Source: Leptogorgia sarmentosa | Taxonomy: Eukaryota | Direction of reading: 5' to 3' | Assembly: GCA_964658305.1 (NCBI GenBank) | Contig: OZ210885.1 | Location: 14,198,001 to 14,262,000 of the forward strand | Length of the DNA: 64,000 nucleotides | In this document: positions 55,230 through 64,000 of the stretch, piece after piece | Numbering within the stretch: position 1 is the stretch's first letter | How the letters are laid out: every line of letters begins with the position of its first letter | Made by a program: the position numbers and the translations under genes | The notes under the pieces: model-generated | The model's input: the letters and a program-made list of their open reading frames with translations, nothing else | Told to the model about the DNA's origin: nothing | Database searches by the model: none

Positions 55230-58200
55230 GACTCAAAAAAACAAGGTTGCTTTTTTATGAAGGGTGTTAGAGAAGTTGGTTAAATTATAGCAAAATTTCA
55301 CCACATTTAACCAACCTTGATAAATGAAATGCCACATCGTCAATGACTAAAAAAAACAAGGTTGCTTTTTTATGAAAGGTGTTAGAGAAGTTGGTTAAAT
55401 TATAGCAAAATTTCACCACATTTATCAAACCTTGATAAATTAAATGCCACATTGTCAATGACTCAAAAAACAAGGTTGCTTCTTCATATATCACTGTTAT
55501 TAACAGTGTTAGAGTAGTTGGTTTATAGCAAAATTTCACCACATTTAACCAACCTTGATAAATTAAACGCCACATCATCAATGACTCAAAAAAACAAGGT
55601 TGCTTTTTTATGAAGGGTGTTAGAGAATTTGGGTAAATTATAGCAAAATTTCACCACATTTATCCAACCTTGATAAATTAAACGCCACTTTGTCAATGAC
55701 TCAAAAACCAAGGTTGCTTCTTCATATATCACTGTTATTAACAGTGGTAGAGAAGTTGGTTTATAGCAAAATATCACCACATTTAACCAACCTTAATCAA
55801 TTAAACGCCACATCATCAATGACTAAAAAAAACAAGGTTGCTTCTTCATATAACACTGTTATGAAGGGTGTTAGAGAAGTTGGTTAAATTATAGCAAAAT
55901 TTCACCACATTTAACCAACCTTGATAAATTAAACGCCACATCGTCAATGACTCAAAAAAACAAGGTTGCTTTTTTATGAAGGGTGTTAGAGAATTTGGGT
56001 AAATTATAGCAAAATTTCACCACATTTATCCAACCTTGATAAATTAAACGCCACATTGTCAATGACTCAAAAAACAAGGTTGCTTCTTCATATATCACTG
56101 TTATGAAGGGTGTTAGAGAAGTTGGTTTAAATAAAGCAACATTTCACCACATTTAACCAACCTTGATAAATTAAACGCCACATTGTCAATGACTCAAAAA
56201 AACAAGGTTACTTCTTCATATAACACTGTTATGAAGGGTGTTGGAGAAGTTGGTTAAATTATAGCAAAATTTCACCACATTTAACCAACCTTGATAAATT
56301 AAACGGCACACTGTGAATGACTAAAAAAAACAAGGTTGTTTCTTCATATATCACTGTTATGAAGGGTGTTAGAGTAGTTGGTTTATAGCAAAATTTCACC
56401 ACATTTAACCAACCTTGATCAATTAAACGCCACATTGTCAATGACTCAAAAAAACAAGGTTGCTTTTTTATGCAGGGTGTTAGAGAAGTTGGTTAAATTA
56501 TAGCAAAATTTCACCACATTTAACCAACCTTGATAAATTAAATGCCACATCGTCAATGACTAAAAAAAACAAGGTTGCTTTTTTATGAAAGGTGTTAGAG
56601 AAGTTGGTTAAATTATAGCAAAATTTCACAACATTTATCAAACCTTGATAAATTAAATGCCACATTGTCAATGACTCAAAAAACAATGTTGCTTCTTCAT
56701 ATATCACTGTTATTAACAGTGTTAGAGTAGTTGGTTTATAGCAAAATTTCACCACATTTAACCAACCTTGATAAATTAAACGCCACATCATCAATGACTC
56801 AAAAAAACAAGGTTGCTTTTTTATGAAGGGTGTTAGAGAATTTGGGTAAATTATAGCAAAATTTCACCACATTTATCCAACCTTGATAAATTAAACGCCA
56901 CATTGTCAATGACTCAAAAAACAAGGTTGCTTCTTCACATATCACTGTTACTAACGGTGTAAGAGAAGTTGGTTTATAGCAAAATATCACCACATTAAAC
57001 CAACCTTAATCAATTAAACGCCACATCATCAATGACTAAAAAAAAACAAGGTTACTTCTTCATATAACACTGTTATGAAGGGTGTTAGAGAAGTTGGTTA
57101 AATTATAGCAAAATTTCACCACATTTAACCAACCTTGATAAATTAAATGCCACATCGTCAATGACTCAAAAAAACAAGGTTGCTTTATTATGAAGGGTGT
57201 TAGAGAATTTGGGTAAATTATAGCAAAATTTCACCACATTTATCCAACCTTGATAAATTAAACGCCACTTTGTCAATGACTCAAAAAACAAGGTTGCTTC
57301 TTCATATATCACTGTTATTAACAGTGTTAGAGAAGTTGGTTTAAATATAGCAAAATTTCACCACATTTATCAAACCTTGATAAATTAAATGCCACATTGT
57401 CAATGACTAAAAAAAACAACGTTGCTTTTTTATGAAGGGTGTTAGAGAAGTTGGTTAAATTATAGGAAAATTTCACCACATTTAACCAACCTTGATAAAT
57501 TAAATGCCACATTGTCAATGACTCAAAAAAACAAGGTTGCTTCTTTATATATCACTGTTATGAAGGGTGTTGGAGAAGTTGGTTAAATTATAGCAAAATT
57601 TCACCACATTTAACCAACCTTGATAAATTAAACGCCACATCGTGAATGACTAAAAAAAACAAGGTTGTTTCTTCATATATCACTGTTATGAAGGGTGTTA
57701 GAGAAGTTGGTTTAAATATAGCAAAATTTCACCACATTTATCAAACCTTGATAAATTAAACGCCACATCATCAATGACTCAAAAAAACAAGGTTGCTTTT
57801 TTATGAAAGCTGTTAGAGAAGTTGGTTAAATTATAGCAAAATTTCACCACATTTAACCAACCTTGATAAATTAAATGCCACATTGTCAATGACTCAAAAA
57901 AACAAGGTTGCTTCTTCATATATCACTGTTATGAAGGGTGTTGGAGAAGTTGGTTAAATTATAGCAAAATTTCACGACATTTAACCAACCTTGATAAATT
58001 AAATGCCACATGGTCAATGACTCAAAAAAACAAGGTTGCTTCTTCATATATCACTGTTATGAAGGGTGTTAGAGAAGTTGGTTAAAATATACCAAAATTT
58101 CACCACATTTAACCAACGTTGATAAATTAAATGCCACATCGTCAATGACTCAAAAAAACAAGGTTGCTTTTTTATGAAAGGTGTTAGAGAAGTTGGTTAA

Positions 58201-61200
58201 ATGATAGCAAAATTTCACCACATTTAACCAACCTTGATAAATTAAATGCCACATCGTCAATGACCTAAAAAAACAAGGTTGCTTTTTTATGAAAGGTGTT
58301 AGAGAAGTTGGTTAAATTATAGCAAAATTTCACCACATTTATCAAACCTTGATAAATTAAATGCCACATTGTCAATGACTCAAAAAACAAGGTTGCTTCT
58401 TCATATATCACTGTTATTAACAGTGTTAGAGTAGTTGGTTTATAGCAAAATTTCACCACATTTAACCAACCTTGATAAATTAAACGCCACATCATCAATG
58501 ACTCAAAAAAACAAGGTTGCTTTTTTATGAAGGGTGTTAGAGAAGTTGGGTAAATTATAGCAAAATTTCACCACATTTAACCAACCTTGATAAATTAAAT
58601 GCCACATCGTCAATGACTAAAAAAAACAAGGTTGCTTTTTTATGAAAGGTGTTAGAGAAGTTGGTTAAATTATAGCAAAATTTCACCACATTTATCAAAC
58701 CTTGATAAATTAAATGCCACATTGTCAATGACTCAAAAAACAAGGTTGCTTCTTCATATATCACTGTTATTAACAGTGTTAGAGTAGTTGGTTTATAGCA
58801 AAATTTCACCACATTTAACCAACCTTGATAAATTAAACGCCACATCATCAATGACTCAAAAAAACAAGGTTGCTTTTTTATGAAGGGTGTTAGAGAATTT
58901 GGGTAAATTATAGCAAAATTTCACCACATTTATCCAACCTTGATAAATTAAAGGCCACTTTGTCAATGACTCAAAAACCAAGGTTGCTTCTTCATATATC
59001 ACTGTTATTAACAGTGGTAGAGAAGTTGGTTTATAGCAAAATATCACCACATTTAACCAACCTTAATCAATTAAACGCCACATCATCAATGACTAAAAAA
59101 AACAAGGTTGCTTCTTCATATAACACTGTTATGAAGGGTGTTAGAGAAGTTGGTTAAATTATAGCAAAATTTCACCACATTTAACCAACCTTGATAAATT
59201 AAACGCCACATCGTCAATGACTCAAAAAAACAAGGTTGCTTTTTTATGAAGGGTGTTAGAGAATTTGGGTAAATTATAGCAAAATTTCACCACATTTATC
59301 CAACCTTGATAAATTAAACGCCACATTGTCAATGACTCAAAAAACAAGGTTGCTTCTTCATATATCACTGTTATGAAGGGTGTTAGAGAAGTTGGTTTAA
59401 ATAAAGCAACATTTCACCACATTTAACCAACCTTGATAAATTAAACGCCACATTGTCAATGACTCAAAAAAACAAGGTTACTTCTTCATATAACACTGTT
59501 ATGAAGGGTGTTAGAGAAGTTGGTTAAATTATAGCAAAATTTCACCACATTTAACCAACCTTGATAAATTAAACGGCACACTGTGAATGACTAAAAAAAA
59601 CAAGGTTGCTTCTTCATATATCACTGTTATGAAGGGTGTTAGAGTAGTTGGTTTATAGCAAAATTTCACCACATTTAACCAACCTTGATAAATTAAACGC
59701 CACATCATCAATGACTCAAAAAAACTAGGTTGCTTTATTATGAAGGGTGTTAGAGAATTTGGGTAAATTATAGCAAAATTTCACCACATTTATCCAACCT
59801 TGATAAATTAAATGCCACATCGTCAATGACTAAAAAAAACAAGGTTGCTTTTTTATGAAAGGTGTTAGAGAAGTTGGTTAAATTATAGCAAAATTTCACA
59901 ACATTTATCAAACCTTGATAAATTAAATGCCACATTGTCAATGACTCAAAAAAACAAGGTTGCTTTTTTATGAAGGGTGTTAGAGAAGTTGGTTAAATTA
60001 TAGCAAAATTTCACCACATTTAACCAACCTTGATAAATTAAATGCCACATCGTCAATGACTAAAAAAAACAAGGTTGCTTTTTTATGAAAGGTGTTAGAG
60101 AAGTTGGTTAAATTATAGCAAAATTTCACCACATTTATCAAACCTTGATAAATTAAATGCCACATTGTCAATGACTCAAAAAACAAGGTTGCTTCTTCAT
60201 ATATCACTGTTATTAACAGTGTTAGAGTAGTTGGTTTATAGCAAAATTTCACCACATTTAACCAACCTTGATAAATTAAACGCCACATCATCAATGACTC
60301 AAAAAAACAAGGTTGCTTTTTTATGAAGGGTGTTAGAGAATTTGGGTAAATTATAGCAAAATTTCACCACATTTATCCAACCTTGATAAATTAAACGCCA
60401 CTTTGTCAATGACTCAAAAACCAAGGTTGCTTCTTCATATATCACTGTTATTAACAGTGGTAGAGAAGTTGGTTTATAGCAAAATATCACCACATTTAAC
60501 CAACCTTAATCAATTAAACGCCACATCATCAATGACTAAAAAAAACAAGGTTGCTTCTTCATATAACACTGTTATGAAGGGTGTTAGAGAAGTTGGTTAA
60601 ATTATAGCAAAATTTCACCACATTTAACCAACCTTGATAAATTAAACGCCACATCGTCAATGACTCAAAAAAACAAGGTTGCTTTTTTATGAAGGGTGTT
60701 AGAGAATTTGGGTAAATTATAGCAAAATTTCACCACATTTATCCAACCTTGATAAATTAAACGCCACATTGTCAATGACTCAAAAAACAAGGTTGCTTCT
60801 TCATATATCACTGTTTTGAAGGGTGTTAGAGAAGTTGGTTTAAATAAAGCAACATTTCACCACATTTAACCAACCTTGATAAATTAAACGCCACATTGTC
60901 AATGACTCAAAAAAACAAGGTTACTTCTTCATATAACACTGTTATGAAGGGTGTTGGAGAAGTTGGTTAAATTATAGCAAAATTTCACCACATTTAACCA
61001 ACCTTGATAAATTAAACGGCACACTGTGAATGACTAAAAAAAACAAGGTTGTTTCTTCATATATCACTGTTATGAAGGGTGTTAGAGTAGTTGGTTTATA
61101 ACAAAATTTCACCACATTTAACCAACCTTGATCAATTAAACGCCACATTGTCAATGACTCAAAAAAACAAGGTTGCTTTTTTATGCAGGGTGTTAGAGAA

Positions 61201-63310
61201 GTTGGTTAAATTATAGCAAAATTTCACCACATTTAACCAACCTTGATAAATTAAATGCCACATCGTCAATGACTAAAAAAAACAAGGTTGCTTTTTTATG
61301 AAAGGTGTTAGAGAAGTTGGTTAAATTATAGCAAAATTTCACAACATTTATCAAACCTTGATAAATTAAATGCCACATTGTCAATGACTCAAAAAACAAG
61401 GTTACTTCTTCATATAACACTGTTATGAAGGGTGTTAGAGAAGTTGGTTAAATTATAGCAAAATTTCACCACATTTAACCAACCTTGATAAATTAAATGC
61501 CACATCGTCAATGACTCAAAAAAACAAGGTTGCTTTATTATGAAGGGTGTTAGAGAATTTGGGTAAATTATAGCAAAATTTCACCACATTTATCCAACCT
61601 TGATAAATTAAACGCCACTTTGTCAATGACTCAAAAAACAAGGTTGCTTCTTCATATATCACTGTTATTAACAGTGTTAGAGAAGTTGGTTTAAATATAG
61701 CAAAATTTCACCACATTTATCAAACCTTGATAAATTAAATGCCACATTGTCAATGACTAAAAAAAACAACGTTGCTTTTTTATGAAGGGTGTTAGAGAAG
61801 TTGGTTAAATTATAGGAAAATTTCACCACATTTAACCAACCTTGATAAATTAAATGCCACATTGTCAATGACTCAAAAAAACAAGGTTGCTTCTTTATAT
61901 ATCACTGTTATGAAGGGTGTTGGAGAAGTTGGTTAAATTATAGCAAAATTTCACCACATTTAACCAACCTTGATAAATTAAACGCCACATCGTGAATGAC
62001 TAAAAAAAACAAGGTTGTTTCTTCATATATCACTGTTATGAAGGGTGTTAGAGAAGTTGGTTTAAATATAGCAAAATTTCACCACATTTATCAAACCTTG
62101 ATAAATTAAACGCCACATCATCAATGACTCAAAAAAACAAGGTTGCTTTTTTATGAAAGCTGTTAGAGAAGTTGGTTAAATTATAGCAAAATTTCACCAC
62201 ATTTAACCAACCTTGATAAATTAAATGCCACATTGTCAATGACTCAAAAAAACAAGGTTGCTTCTTCATATATCACTGTTATGAAGGGTGTTGGAGAAGT
62301 TGGTTAAATTATAGCAAAATTTCACGACATTTAACCAACCTTGATAAATTAAATGCCACATGGTCAATGACTCAAAAAAACAAGGTTGCTTCTTCATATA
62401 TCACTGTTATGAAGGGTGTTAGAGAAGTTGGTTAAAATATACCAAAATTTCACCACATTTAACCAACGTTGATAAATTAAATGCCACATCGTCAATGACT
62501 CAAAAAAACAAGGTTGCTTTTTTATGAAAGGTGTTAGAGAAGTTGGTTAAATGATAGCAAAATTTCACCACATTTAACCAACCTTGATAAATTAAATGCC
62601 ACATCGTCAATGACTAAAAAAAACAAGGTTGCTTTTTTATGAAAGGTGTTAGAGAAGTTGGTTAAATTATAGCAAAATTTCACCACATTTATCAAACCTT
62701 GATAAATTAAATGCCACATTGTCAATGACTCAAAAAACAAGGTTGCTTCTTCATATATCACTGTTATTAACAGTGTTAGAGTAGTTGGTTTATAGCAAAA
62801 TTTCACCACATTTAACCAACCTTGATAAATTAAACGCCACATCATCAATGACTCAAAAAAACAAGGTTGCTTTTTTATGAAGGGTGTTAGAGAAGTTGGG
62901 TAAATTATAGCAAAATTTCACCACATTTAACCAACCTTGATAAATTAAATGCCACATCGTCAATGACTAAAAAAAACAAGGTTGCTTTTTTATGAAAGGT
63001 GTTAGAGAAGTTGGTTAAATTATAGCAAAATTTCACCACATTTATCAAACCTTGATAAATTAAATGCCACATTGTCAATGACTCAAAAAACAAGGTTGCT
63101 TCTTCATATATCACTGTTATTAACAGTGTTAGAGTAGTTGGTTTATAGCAAAATTTCACCACATTTAACCAACCTTGATAAATTAAACGCCACATCATCA
63201 ATGACTCAAAAAAACAAGGTTGCTTTTTTATGAAGGGTGTTAGAGAATTTGGGTAAATTATAGCAAAATTTCACCACATTTATCCAACCTTGATAAATTA
63301 AACGCCACTT
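55230..63310 (+). repeat. Tandem duplication with offset 4,713 bp changing to 4,350 bp (363-bp, three-monomer difference)
   Basis: ORF offsets of +4713 at 55285/59998, 55586/60299, 56259/60972 and 56498/61211; +4350 at 57327/61677 and 58555/62905. Shared rare variants TATGCAGGG, TTCACAACAT, AACAACGTTG and TATAGGAAAA. Confidence 0.87.
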
Positions 63311-64000
63311 TGTCAATGACTCAAAAAACAAGGTTGCTTCTTCATATATCACTGTTATGAAGGGTGTTAGAGAAGTTGGTTTAAATAAAGCAACATTTCA
63401 CCACATTTAACCAACCTTGATAAATTAAACGCCACATTGTCAATGACTCAAAAAAACAAGGTTACTTCTTCATATAACACTGTTATGAAGGGTGTTAGAG
63501 AAGTTGGTTAAATTATAGCAAAATTTCACCACATTTAACCAACCTTGATAAATTAAACGGCACACTGTGAATGACTAAAAAAAACAAGGTTGCTTCTTCA
63601 TATATCACTGTTATGAAGGGTGTTAGAGTAGTTGGTTTATAGCAAAATTTCACCACATTTAACCAACCTTGATAAATTAAATGCCACATTGTCAATGACT
63701 CAAAAAAACAAGGTTGCTTCTTTATATATCACTGTTATGAAGGGTGTTGGAGAAGTTGGTTAAATTATAGCAAAATTTCACCACATTTAACCAACCTTGA
63801 TAAATTAAACGCCACATCGTGAATGACTAAAAAAAACAAGGTTGTTTCTTCATATATCACTGTTATGAAGGGTGTTAGAGAAGTTGGTTTAAATATAGCA
63901 AAATTTCACCACATTTAACCAACCTTGATAAATTAAACGCCACATTGTCAATCACTAAAAAAAACAAGGTTGCTTCTTCATATATCACTGTTATGAAGGG

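Larger units (their letters stand above)
1..64000 (+). repeat. Tandem satellite DNA array, 115/127-128-bp monomers (consensus TTCACCACATTTAACCAACCTTGATAAATTAAAYGCCACATYRTCAATGACTCAAAAAAACAAGGTTGC[TTTTTT or TTCTTCATATATCACTGTT]ATGAAGGGTGTTAGAGAAGTTGGTTAAATTATAGCAAAAT); runs off both window ends
   Basis: Monomer 1 is 1-115 (115 bp) and monomer 2 is 116-243 (128 bp). The same unit recurs in one orientation through to position 64000, and I saw no unique sequence or inversion. Confidence 0.99.

Noticed and set aside
214..63695. Over 100 short ORFs (60-108 aa), mostly on the minus strand (MMMWRLIYQG...)
   Set aside because: They are translations of the satellite. The main monomer lengths (115, 127, 128) are not multiples of three, so frames shift and stop every 2-3 monomers, and indel variants ignore frame. 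I used them only as offset markers.
1..64000. CRISPR-like array (regular repeats with dyad symmetry)
   Set aside because: There are no unique spacers, since the entire unit repeats. No cas genes or leader are present.
1..64000. Embedded transposon, telomeric repeat or strand inversion
   Set aside because: I saw no interruption of the monomer register or orientation on reading through. A very short insertion could have been missed by eye.

Overview
The whole 64-kb window is one uninterrupted, head-to-tail tandem satellite array. It is AT-rich (monomer 1-115 is about 31% GC by hand count), and all monomers point the same way. There are roughly 520 monomers, estimated from 64,000 / ~122 bp. They fall into length classes: 115 bp, 127-128 bp (carrying a 13-bp extra segment) and 123-124 bp (also lacking 4 bp). 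Monomers are arranged in nested higher-order repeats (HORs): small units of 353, 511, 601 and 736 bp, and kilobase units of 2211, 2962, 3055/3540, 4753, 4713/4350 and 5962 bp. Some blocks also recur far apart, at offsets of about 11.9, 26.5-26.7 and 29.5 kb. This layout is typical of eukaryotic centromeric or heterochromatic satellite DNA; I cannot name the family or host. I found no credible genes, RNA genes, transposons or CRISPR array, and every listed ORF is an incidental translation of the repeat. The notable points are the HOR mosaic, several dyad symmetries built into the monomer, a CpG-decay signature, deletions bounded by short repeats, and a change in monomer variants near 45-48 kb.
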